Shown here: positions 24,144 to 32,054 of the stretch, piece after piece
How the letters are laid out: every line of letters begins with the position of its first letter
How positions within the stretch are numbered: position 1 is the first letter of the stretch
Source: a virus
Reading direction: 5' to 3' (one strand)
IMG/VR virus record: IMGVR_UViG_3300045988_060923
DNA: 38,868 nucleotides
The notes under the pieces: generated by a model
Database searches by the model: none
The model's input: the letters and a program-made list of their open reading frames with translations, nothing else
Told to the model about the DNA's origin: nothing
Program-made: the position numbers and the translations under genes

Positions 24144-25841
24144 CTAATATGTGAATACGCCCAGATCCGGTGCGCTTACGCTCTGAGCATACGGCAGGTC
24201 ATCCTCTACCGTCATAGATGCAGCCAATGCCATGAAAGGGTCTGTCTTTCTTGACTTTGCCTCAATCTTTGCATATACAAAGTTTCCAATATCGGCATCA
24301 TCTTCCTTTCCCGGTTTCCGGCCGTATCTAACCATCTTTGTGTTATTTGTTGCCCAGCGCAACACTGGGTTATCTCCCCACACGAAATAGTCATTTGCAA
24401 AACAGCTGTCTATAACCGGCGCAACTTTCATGATGTCTGACGGTCTTACCAGTTTTAGGTTTTTGTACACTTTTGCATCAAAACCAATGTTCTGCAGATA
24501 CTTGGCCAGCAGAGCATAGCGGAAATCATCTATTGCCATTTTATTGATCGAATAGTATTCCATCTGCGCTGCAATATAGTCCACGATCAGCTCCGGGTGG
24601 ATTTCCACATCATCAACCAGTGTGATATGTCCCTGATCCGCCCATTCTTTCCATGGTGCCTTTATTCTTGGCAAGTCTTTTGACTGCAGGCAGAGCCAGG
24701 AATGGTTTAGATCATACCTGGTATCCACGTCTCTGAAATGGAGATTGACAGAAATCATATCAGTGACTTTTGAGAAGTCGATGCCACAGGTGCACATTCT
24801 TCCCACCAGATCATCTACCGGTACAGGTCTGTTAGTGGCTTTGATTCTTTCATAAGCACACACTTTGATCTCGCTGGAACCGTCTGGGAGGTTCATTCTC
24901 TTGGTCATGAATGCCGTGAACTTCTCAGGCCGTTTCAACCAGTCTCTGTATTCTTTCCGGATCTCCTCCATGAGATCCGGTAGGTATCTCAACGATGGGT
25001 TTGCCTTTTCCCAGTTCTTCTCATCGTGTACCTCTGCCTTGCTGTCCAGCCGGCAGATAAACGGCAGTAGTCCGTTGTCCGGTTCTCCTCCGAACAGGAT
25101 TCCCTCTGCTGTCTCCAGCAGATCATCCAGCGGTCCCTCCCTGACATCTCCCTGGGTAGTGTAATATGACCGGCGTGGGTGTTTCTTCTTTCCCAGGCCG
25201 GTCGTAAATACATTGATATTCTTATAGTCTTGATACTGATGAATCTCATTGAGCACTACCATTCCGGAGCGGAGACCATCTTTTCCGCCCGGATTGTTTG
25301 TATGTCCCTTTATCGTTGACCTTGTGCTCTTGCAGACCACTTTCTCCCTTGTCCACTTAAAAAATCGCTGGAGCTTTTTGAGCCACTTAGGCTGCTCGAA
25401 TGCTCCAACGATATCCTGCACCGGCCGGAGAGCCTGGTCCTCATTGTTCGCACAGATATCAACGTCATATTCTCTGATTCCGTTGTATTCGGATGCCAGT
25501 GCCGTTGATTCCAGCGCTATTGTTCCGTCTTTTCCCGCACCTCGCCCAATCAGGCAGAACAGATCCGGCCACCTTGGTCGTCCATTCTCCCGCCAGTACG
25601 TGCAGTCATGCAGTCCAATCACGAACTGCTGCCACGGAAAAACCTCATCATACGGGAAATATCGTGCCAGCCCCAGGTAGTCCGTCAGCTGCTGCTGGTC
25701 CACATAGATGTCCTCCGTCTCAAAACACTTTCTGACATGTTTCATCAGTGCCTTGACATCTTTGGACGCCTCCACTTTTCCTGTCTCCACTGCCTCCATG
25801 TAGGCTTCTATTCGTGGATCACAGTTTGTCATCATCGTCAT
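24144..25841 (-). CDS. terL: Terminase large subunit
   Basis: 565 aa with a Walker A-like LIGRGAGKDG. It sits in the position between TerS and the portal. Confidence 0.9.
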   Translation of the reverse strand: MTMMTNCDPRIEAYMEAVETGKVEASKDVKALMKHVRKCFETEDIYVDQQQLTDYLGLARYFPYDEVFPWQQFVIGLHDCTYWRENGRPRWPDLFCLIGRGAGKDGTIALESTALASEYNGIREYDVDICANNEDQALRPVQDIVGAFEQPKWLKKLQRFFKWTREKVVCKSTRSTIKGHTNNPGGKDGLRSGMVVLNEIHQYQDYKNINVFTTGLGKKKHPRRSYYTTQGDVREGPLDDLLETAEGILFGGEPDNGLLPFICRLDSKAEVHDEKNWEKANPSLRYLPDLMEEIRKEYRDWLKRPEKFTAFMTKRMNLPDGSSEIKVCAYERIKATNRPVPVDDLVGRMCTCGIDFSKVTDMISVNLHFRDVDTRYDLNHSWLCLQSKDLPRIKAPWKEWADQGHITLVDDVEIHPELIVDYIAAQMEYYSINKMAIDDFRYALLAKYLQNIGFDAKVYKNLKLVRPSDIMKVAPVIDSCFANDYFVWGDNPVLRWATNNTKMVRYGRKPGKEDDADIGNFVYAKIEAKSRKTDPFMALAASMTVEDDLPYAQSVSAPDLGVFTY

Positions 25842-26136
25842 CCCTTATGGTTTTCTCCGTGGTCAGACCCAGCTTGTCCAATATCATAAGCATTTGCTTA
25901 TTTACGGCCACCAGATCTTTGACGGATTGATTTTGTTTTATGATGGTGGCCTTGCCGGATGCAGATTGTGCCTCATAGGATACTCCTCTCTTTTTTATGT
26001 CTGTTTTTAGCTTTTTCTTGATATCGTAGAGGGCCATATAGTCATCTATGAGGTCCAAAAAACATGAAATATCAGCCTGTTTTTTCTCAAGCTGAGAAAT
26101 TAAACTTTCTAATATATCCGATTTTTTTTGCGCCAT
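25819..26136 (-). CDS. terS: Terminase small subunit (P27-like)
   Basis: 105 aa overlapping the TerL start. The C-terminal KQNQSVKDLVAVNKQMLMILDKLGLT resembles P27-family TerS. Confidence 0.65.
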   Translation of the reverse strand: MAQKKSDILESLISQLEKKQADISCFLDLIDDYMALYDIKKKLKTDIKKRGVSYEAQSASGKATIIKQNQSVKDLVAVNKQMLMILDKLGLTTEKTIRDDDDDKL

Positions 26137-26230
26137 ATTCCCACCCCCTATTTTTTATTTTTTTATCATGTGCGAACTTTCTCGGCGTTGTCGAGGCCAC
26201 CCACCGGTCTCCGTGGTCGAAATTAAAACG

Positions 26231-26443
26231 CTAATTTTTTCGACCGGGGGTATACGCTTTTTTCTGTGCTTTCTGTCCAATTTCCAGAGCAAAATCCGGA
26301 TTCGTTGTGTGATTGCACAGCCCGTCTATTGCATTTATATTATGCATACAGAACTCTTTGTCACATTGCGTATTCTTTTCCGGATCACAGTTGAATACCT
26401 TTATCTTTTGTCCTCCGCATTTGATGATCTGTTCCTGCTTCAT
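26231..26443 (-). CDS. Hypothetical Cys-rich protein (70 aa)
   Basis: RBS AAGAGGGA lies before the ATG. It contains six Cys residues. Confidence 0.55.
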   Translation of the reverse strand: MKQEQIIKCGGQKIKVFNCDPEKNTQCDKEFCMHNINAIDGLCNHTTNPDFALEIGQKAQKKAYTPGRKN

Positions 26444-26444
26444 G

Positions 26445-26735
26445 TTATCCCTCTTTTATTTTTCCTATCTTCTGAATGATTCCGTCCACAGTTTCATTGA
26501 CTGCTGCCACATCATCAATCAATCTGTCTAACTGGTCACGTTCCACATCTACCTGCACCGTGACTCTGCTCGTTGGTCTCTCCTGCAGTATTGCGTATCC
26601 CATCGGCATCAATGGCCCTTCGGAACAATCCGCACACACTCGACCGTCTGAATACTCTCTCGGTATCACATTCAGCATTCCGCACGCCTGGCATTGCGTA
26701 ACCATATAATCTGCTGTATCGCTTGTCCTTGCCAT
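26445..26735 (-). CDS. Hypothetical zinc-ribbon-like protein (96 aa)
   Basis: CQAC...CADC pairs. RBS GGAAAGGTGGG. Confidence 0.55.
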   Translation of the reverse strand: MARTSDTADYMVTQCQACGMLNVIPREYSDGRVCADCSEGPLMPMGYAILQERPTSRVTVQVDVERDQLDRLIDDVAAVNETVDGIIQKIGKIKEG

Positions 26736-26736
26736 A

Positions 26737-27078
26737 TCAATCCCACCTTTCCTCTGTCAGAGTTTCTTTCTTCTCTGGTTTCCTGTATCCATGCACTGCC
26801 TCATGGCAGTCGTGGCACAGACTGACCAGGTTCCTTTTTCGTACACCATGCCACTCATACCATATCTCCAGAGCCATGTCCGGATGTTTCTTGACATAGT
26901 TCACATGATGCACTGTCGTAGCTTTCGTGTATATCTTCTTTGCCTTGCATCTCTGGCACTCTCCATGATCCATCTGCAGAACCTCTCTGCGTACTTTCTT
27001 CCACGGTCCCCACACGTAGAATCTGTGAATGTCCTCTCTGATGCACTTTTTCACATAATCAATCTGTTCTTGTGTCAT
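26737..27078 (-). CDS. HNH endonuclease (terminase-associated)
   Basis: CQRCKAK...TTVHHVNY...LVSLCHDCHEAVHG is an HNH motif. It lies upstream of TerS/TerL, as in cos-type HNH phages. Confidence 0.9.
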   Translation of the reverse strand: MTQEQIDYVKKCIREDIHRFYVWGPWKKVRREVLQMDHGECQRCKAKKIYTKATTVHHVNYVKKHPDMALEIWYEWHGVRKRNLVSLCHDCHEAVHGYRKPEKKETLTEERWD

Positions 27079-27090
27079 GTCTCCTCCAAC

Positions 27091-27118
27091 GAAAAAAGCT
27101 CCGGGTTTTCCGGAGCCT
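27091..27118 (-). terminator. Intrinsic terminator between the late activator and the packaging operon
   Basis: The minus strand reads GGCTCCGG-aaaac-CCGGAGC followed by TTTTTT, 13 nt before the HNH RBS GGAGGAG. Confidence 0.7.
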
Positions 27119-27206
27119 TTGTGAGGGATAATGTCTGAGAATCTTGGTTCTCATCTTTTGGACCTTATCAATATAACATAAAAGTTGTCCTGTGAGTACC
27201 GCACTT

Positions 27207-27620
27207 TCAGATCCGCTTTGCCATGAGGTAATAGAAATATCTTCTGACCTCATAGAAATATGTCCTCTCACATGGTATCCCTTTCTGCTTCATCCAGTGA
27301 AACGTTGCTCCCTCCGTTGTCACATATTCCAGCAGATACTCATATAGACTCTTATTGTCCCCTACCGCCTCCCTGACTGTATCCTCAACTTTCTGCATCT
27401 TCTCACGCAACTCTACTCTGCGCTCTGCCAGGTTGGCTGTTGCATCACTGCCACTGTGCGCCCCTGGCATTCCGGTTATCTGAGGACTCTTGACGGTTGA
27501 TGTCCTGCTGCCCAGCTCCTCTCTCCATTCCGGATATTGCAGACAATATGAGTATGCCGTTCCGAATGCGTGTTTGCTTATCCCATATTTCTTTTTGTTC
27601 AGTGGTCGCACGTTTGGCAT
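27207..27620 (-). CDS. RinA/ArpU-like late-gene transcriptional activator (sigma region-4-like)
   Basis: 137 aa. YSYCLQYPEWREEL..., a central GMPGAHSGSDATANLAERR, and the C-terminal FHWMKQKGIPCERTYFYEVRRYFYYLMAKR follow the RinA/ArpU layout. It lies just upstream of the packaging genes. Confidence 0.5.
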   Translation of the reverse strand: MPNVRPLNKKKYGISKHAFGTAYSYCLQYPEWREELGSRTSTVKSPQITGMPGAHSGSDATANLAERRVELREKMQKVEDTVREAVGDNKSLYEYLLEYVTTEGATFHWMKQKGIPCERTYFYEVRRYFYYLMAKRI

Positions 27621-27632
27621 CTTTATTCCTCC

Positions 27633-27977
27633 CTACTCGTTACAATCTCCCGCAAAGTCCTCAGTATCCAGAAATTTTATATATCCCGGAGATACCTGTC
27701 CCACGGTTCCGTCCATAAATTCCACGATTCCCAATGTGTACGCTATCTGGCCTCCTGGGTGTCCTCCGATCATCGGAGACGCATCTATAACCTGTTTGAT
27801 TTCATCCCATTTATGAAACAGTGCCTTTCTCTGTACTTTTCTCGTCCTGCCCTTTGGATTCTTTTCAGAGCAAGTGACCAGACACTTTCTGTATCTGTTT
27901 TTCTTTGATACCTGATGAAACTCCTCCAGTCTTTTCAGATTCTCCTCATGAACCTGTCCATGATATGATCCTGCCAT
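27633..27977 (-). CDS. Hypothetical protein (114 aa)
   Basis: Strong RBS AAGGAGGAAA before the ATG. Confidence 0.6.
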   Translation of the reverse strand: MAGSYHGQVHEENLKRLEEFHQVSKKNRYRKCLVTCSEKNPKGRTRKVQRKALFHKWDEIKQVIDASPMIGGHPGGQIAYTLGIVEFMDGTVGQVSPGYIKFLDTEDFAGDCNE

Positions 27978-28375
27978 GTTCTTTCCTCCTTATCCTGCTG
28001 ACATTGATACTCCGCAAATTCTTCCAGAGCCTTTCCCCACTCCTCTACAGTGTGCTTTTCTCCGATGCTCGTGGAAAAATGTCTCTGCTGCTCTTTCATC
28101 AAATTCCTGACCATTTTTGCCCTGTTCTTCTCCAGGTAATTCTCCCATTCCCGTTCCATCTGTTCCATGAGCTTTTTCTGTCTGTAATGTCGGACAGGAG
28201 CTGCGATGATGTCATGGATCACTGCTCCTATATCGCACATTCCGTCTTTTATACAATCGAATCCGACTATAATCACAAACACGGCCACTATCACAAGGGC
28301 CAGTATTGCAATCATTTCCTGTGTTTCTATCAATGTGTTCCTCCTCTCCTGTATGGTTTCGGCAACGGCATCCAT
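27935..28375 (-). CDS. Hypothetical membrane-anchored protein (146 aa)
   Basis: One TM segment (MIAILALVIVAVFVIIVGF). Confidence 0.55.
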   Translation of the reverse strand: MDAVAETIQERRNTLIETQEMIAILALVIVAVFVIIVGFDCIKDGMCDIGAVIHDIIAAPVRHYRQKKLMEQMEREWENYLEKNRAKMVRNLMKEQQRHFSTSIGEKHTVEEWGKALEEFAEYQCQQDKEERTWQDHIMDRFMRRI

Positions 28376-28674
28376 GCGTTTACCGTCATATCCATCTCGT
28401 AATATGGCATATTTCCGATATAGCTATCCCATGGATGAAATGCCTCTTTTCCGTCATCGTAAATGATTCTTTGGCCAACTTCCGTATGGTCGCATTCTTC
28501 AAACGATAACAGCACCAATGTTTCCGGCTCTGGTAAATCATCCGCAATGTCTATCCATCCGTGTTTTTCCGGTATATCCCACCTGCATATATCCCAGTAT
28601 TCACACCAGAGACAGCAATGGCGGCATTTCTTCTTTCTGGCCTCAATCAGCCAGTGTCTCAGTCTTTTTATCAT
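28330..28674 (-). CDS. DUF551-like phage protein
   Basis: WIDIADDLPEPETLVLL ... VNAWMPLPKPY fits the DUF551 pattern. RBS GAGGAGAAAAGAC lies before ATG 28674. The ORF-track start is 28728. Confidence 0.55.
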   Translation of the reverse strand: MIKRLRHWLIEARKKKCRHCCLWCEYWDICRWDIPEKHGWIDIADDLPEPETLVLLSFEECDHTEVGQRIIYDDGKEAFHPWDSYIGNMPYYEMDMTVNAWMPLPKPYRRGGTH

Positions 28675-29140
28675 GTCTTTTCTCCTCGCAACGCTCGCAT
28701 TGATTCTCTGATGCACCAAAACAGCCAATACAGTCCGGTTCCAGGAACATGAACCCGTCTTTTGTGTCCTTTTTCGGTTCTTCCTGTTTTTCTTCGTCCA
28801 GATAGTTCCTGCCGATCAGACTCATGAACTCTGCTCTGCTGTGTGTTCTCTCGTAGGCTCTCTGGCCGTCTCTGTGCAGTATCCGCATATTCTTGTGATT
28901 GTTATGTACTGCCTCCGGCCCCATGATATGATGGTCTAAGCATAAATACACCTTTAAGCCCTCCGCCTCAGAGTTCTGGCGGTTAGGGCCATCGTAGATG
29001 TGATGTTCATGGACTACCGGATATCTCCGATAGTCCCCTTTTAATTTCATGCAGAGATAGCAGGTGCCGTCCTTGCAGTGCAGGATACTGGCTTTGTGTT
29101 TTTTTCTCTTTTTCTTTCGTTGTGGTTTTGGGTACATCAT
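28643..29140 (-). CDS. Cys/His-rich HNH-like (zinc-binding) protein
   Basis: CYLC...VHEHHIY...LCLDHH...HNNH arrangement. The N-terminus is basic. The nuclease function is inferred only. Confidence 0.4.
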   Translation of the reverse strand: MMYPKPQRKKKRKKHKASILHCKDGTCYLCMKLKGDYRRYPVVHEHHIYDGPNRQNSEAEGLKVYLCLDHHIMGPEAVHNNHKNMRILHRDGQRAYERTHSRAEFMSLIGRNYLDEEKQEEPKKDTKDGFMFLEPDCIGCFGASENQCERCEEKRHDKKTETLAD

Positions 29141-29736
29141 TCCTCTGGCACCTCCGGCGTGATATCTACACCTTTGAGACTTTTCAAAACCTTGATGTTC
29201 TTGTCATCTGTCCGGAAATGTGCTCTCAGCTTGCAGACATTGTTTTTCCACAGGATTCCTCTTAACGGATTGAAAAGCGGCTCCGTGACTGTATATTCTC
29301 CCTTGTCCTCTTCTACCATTGCATTATTGATAATCGAAACAAACACGTTGTTGACCGGATAGATCTGGCCGGTCTGCTCATCCTGCTGGAGCCTTTGAAC
29401 GGTTCCCTGTGTTCCGATCAGTAGCACGTCAGTGATGGTCAGAGTATCCGTTCCGAATCCCTCCTCGTTTATTGCCATCGGCATCTCAATCTCGATCTGG
29501 TTTCCCTCTTTCGTTGCCTTGAATCGTTCTCCCGGTCTTGGCAGCTCTCCGATCAGTGTGATGATGTCTCCCAGTGTTTTTTTTGGAATGAAATCCTTGT
29601 TGGCACTTACCTCCCAGTATGATCCGGCCAGATACAGCCAATCATTTCCTTGTGCATCTTGCGTCCTGGCTACCACCAGGCCGGTCTTGTATGCCTTTTT
29701 CATCAAATTGTTTAATACGCTCGTTGATAAAAACAT
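29137..29736 (-). CDS. Hypothetical protein (199 aa)
   Basis: RBS AAGGAGG before the ATG. No motif recognised. Confidence 0.6.
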   Translation of the reverse strand: MFLSTSVLNNLMKKAYKTGLVVARTQDAQGNDWLYLAGSYWEVSANKDFIPKKTLGDIITLIGELPRPGERFKATKEGNQIEIEMPMAINEEGFGTDTLTITDVLLIGTQGTVQRLQQDEQTGQIYPVNNVFVSIINNAMVEEDKGEYTVTEPLFNPLRGILWKNNVCKLRAHFRTDDKNIKVLKSLKGVDITPEVPEE

Positions 29737-29738
29737 TG

Positions 29739-30107
29739 TTATGCCTCCTTTTTCTCCTCAATCGAAAATACGGCCATCAGTAACGCCAGAATGATGTATG
29801 TGAGTTTTCCGTGTATCTCAAATCCAGGAACAAAATGCACTGCTGCCATCAGCTGTATTATTCCGGATGCTAATGCCATGATGATCGTTATCAGCATGGC
29901 TATTCCTATTCCCACCCCGTTTCCTGGCAGTGCCGCCAGAATCAAGACTCCCATCATTATCACTGTCAGAACGATTGACGCTATCAGGAGCGTTGCCACT
30001 ACCAGAACCATTGTCCTTGTATCCTGTATCTTTACATACTCCGGGAACATCCATGCTGCTCCCCAGATGATTGCAATTTTGATTATCATGTTGATTATGT
30101 TTCTCAT
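29739..30107 (-). CDS. Hypothetical integral membrane protein (122 aa, about 4 TM)
   Basis: Hydrophobic throughout. The start overlaps the upstream stop (ATGA). Confidence 0.6.
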   Translation of the reverse strand: MRNIINMIIKIAIIWGAAWMFPEYVKIQDTRTMVLVVATLLIASIVLTVIMMGVLILAALPGNGVGIGIAMLITIIMALASGIIQLMAAVHFVPGFEIHGKLTYIILALLMAVFSIEEKKEA

Positions 30108-30442
30108 AGCTTCATGCCTCCTATGTTCTCAATCGTTAAAATATAATATTTCTTTCCTGGTTCTGCTCCCCATTCTTCCCGGCCATATCCGGCCGATAGT
30201 GAGCACTCTGTCCATATTGTCGGTACATCTTTCCCGTATCCGTTCCGGAATGCCACCAGTTGCACTCTGTTTTTCTGCAGTTCCGGCATCGGAGCGCGGA
30301 TCAGTTCATCTCCCACCCAGATCATTCCGAATGCGTCCAGGAGCCTTGTGTCATAATATGGCTTGATATCTCTGTACTCCTCTTTCTTCTCTCCGGAGAG
30401 GATCATATCAAACCATTTTCGTTTTATTGGTAATATCAGCAT
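30104..30442 (-). CDS. ASCH (PUA-like) domain protein
   Basis: MLILPIKRKWFDMILSGEKKEEYR... and YYILTIENI match the ASCH-domain layout. RBS AGGAGG. Confidence 0.6.
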   Translation of the reverse strand: MLILPIKRKWFDMILSGEKKEEYRDIKPYYDTRLLDAFGMIWVGDELIRAPMPELQKNRVQLVAFRNGYGKDVPTIWTECSLSAGYGREEWGAEPGKKYYILTIENIGGMKL

Positions 30443-30451
30443 CTTGTCCTC

Positions 30452-30865
30452 CTAGTTGAATGGAATATTGTCCTCAATGCCGTCCGGAATGTTCATGAAT
30501 CCATCTCCAGCATCTGCAGGTTGTGGAACCGGTGCATTTCCGTCTCTTTTGCTTTCTGCGAACTCCTGCTCCTCCAGGACTACCTCAGTGGTATAGATCT
30601 TTCTGCCCTCTCTGTTGGTGTAGCTCCCTGTCTGGATTCTTCCAGAAATTGCCACCTGCATTCCCTGGCGAAACCATTTCTCTGCAAACTCCGCCGCCTT
30701 ACCGAACGCCACACACGGAACAAAATCCGCTGTCGGTTCATTATCTCTCTTGAATCTCCTATTGACTGCCAGTGTGTACCTGGCAACTGCTGTGGAATTG
30801 TCTCCTGCTGAGTATCGCACCTCTGGATCTCGTGTGAGACGTCCCATCAAAATGACCTTATTCAC
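30452..30865 (-). CDS. ssb: Single-stranded DNA-binding protein
   Basis: NKVILMGRLTRDPEVRYSAGDNSTAVARYTLAVNR... is an OB fold. The acidic C-terminal tip is DGIEDNIPFN. GTG start with RBS AAGGAGA. Confidence 0.95.
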   Translation of the reverse strand: MNKVILMGRLTRDPEVRYSAGDNSTAVARYTLAVNRRFKRDNEPTADFVPCVAFGKAAEFAEKWFRQGMQVAISGRIQTGSYTNREGRKIYTTEVVLEEQEFAESKRDGNAPVPQPADAGDGFMNIPDGIEDNIPFN

Positions 30866-31115
30866 TCTTTTTTCTCCTTTTCACTACCTGTGTGTTTCTG
30901 ATCCGGATTGCTCTCTGTGTTCCCGGTTCTGCATCGGTCTCCAGAATGCCCTCATCAATCATGTCAATGAGGTGTCTGTGCACTGTTGTTCCGGATATTC
31001 CTACAGTCTCTGCTATCTCTTTGTTACTTGGCGCGTATACGTGTTTTGTTATGTATGCGCCGATAAATCTATAGATTTCTTCCCGTATTGCTTTGTATTC
31101 CTTTGCACTTCTCAT
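30858..31115 (-). CDS. LexA-N-terminal-type winged-helix DNA-binding protein
   Basis: YAPSNKEIAETVGISGTTVHRHLIDMIDEGIL resembles the LexA DNA-binding domain. There is no peptidase domain. Confidence 0.6.
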   Translation of the reverse strand: MRSAKEYKAIREEIYRFIGAYITKHVYAPSNKEIAETVGISGTTVHRHLIDMIDEGILETDAEPGTQRAIRIRNTQVVKRRKKSE

Positions 31116-31127
31116 ACTGCTGCCCTC

Positions 31128-31388
31128 CTACATCCAGACGCCCACCAGAGACGGCACATCTGCCGTCCCTCTTGGAATGAATGTCATGGCCGTGTGCTCT
31201 TTGATATCCATTTCTATTTCTTCCAGTGTCTCTTTGACCATGATTGTATCTGTCGCTCTGTCCAGTTCGTAGATTCTGGCCACGTATTTGTCCGGGAAAT
31301 CGTCCGGATGACCGTATACCGCTACAAATGGGACTTTCAGACCAGAGAAATCTACCTCTCTGATACTCTCCACCCTTTTCTCCTGCAC
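31128..31388 (-). CDS. Hypothetical protein (86 aa)
   Basis: ORF in the replication module with no motif. Confidence 0.5.
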   Translation of the reverse strand: MQEKRVESIREVDFSGLKVPFVAVYGHPDDFPDKYVARIYELDRATDTIMVKETLEEIEMDIKEHTAMTFIPRGTADVPSLVGVWM

Positions 31389-31702
31389 TTCTTTCTCCTT
31401 TCTGACAGGGCTCTGGCCACTACCACCGGCGGCTCCTCTGTCTCTATAACTGGTCTGCTGTATTTCTTTCCCATATCTTCAAACGCTCTGGCCATGCTCT
31501 CCGCAACTCTTTGGAGTGCTTTGAACATTTCTGCGGCTGCACTTCTCAGATTGTTCGCTATTCTTTCAATATCCTCTGGTGTGAGGTTGTTGTATATCTT
31601 CATTGACTCTATTTCCTCTGGCGTGTACACTGCTACCGCTGTTTTTGGGGGATTGTGACCGTGGATCTTTTTATACTGTTTCTTTGCCTGTCGTTTGTTC
31701 AT
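31352..31702 (-). CDS. Hypothetical protein (116 aa)
   Basis: ORF in the replication module with no motif. Confidence 0.5.
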   Translation of the reverse strand: MNKRQAKKQYKKIHGHNPPKTAVAVYTPEEIESMKIYNNLTPEDIERIANNLRSAAAEMFKALQRVAESMARAFEDMGKKYSRPVIETEEPPVVVARALSERRKKCRRKGWRVSER

Positions 31703-32054
31703 TTTGTTCTCGGAATCTTTTGCAGGCTCTCGCTCGTCCGTTTCTCACTTCCGATGGTCTGAGTATCCTGCATATTCCTTTCTTCCCTCCTCTCGGCCCT
31801 TTTCTGATTTCTTTATAGTTTTCACATTCTTCACAATGTCGTTTCTTCTCGTCTATATCCTGCCTTGTTAGCCTCGCATACTCATTCATGATTTTCTGCA
31901 ATGTACAATTCTCACACTCTTTTTCACATCCGTTCTCGCATGGCATATCTACATAGTCAACTTCCTCAGTTCCTCCACTCGTTACCGGATTTGTAAACGT
32001 GCAATACTCTCTTGGCACATACATATCTCCGTAAACTCTTGTCATCTTTATCAT
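31671..32054 (-). CDS. Hypothetical Cys-rich protein (127 aa)
   Basis: CENGCEKECENC and CEECENY clusters, with a basic C-terminus. Confidence 0.5.
   Translation of the reverse strand: MIKMTRVYGDMYVPREYCTFTNPVTSGGTEEVDYVDMPCENGCEKECENCTLQKIMNEYARLTRQDIDEKKRHCEECENYKEIRKGPRGGKKGICRILRPSEVRNGRARACKRFREQNEQTTGKETV

Noticed and set aside
27059-27271. 70-aa minus-strand ORF spanning the activator-HNH gap.
   Set aside because: It overlaps both neighbouring genes and runs straight through a strong terminator hairpin. Its product is Arg/Ser-rich and implausible.
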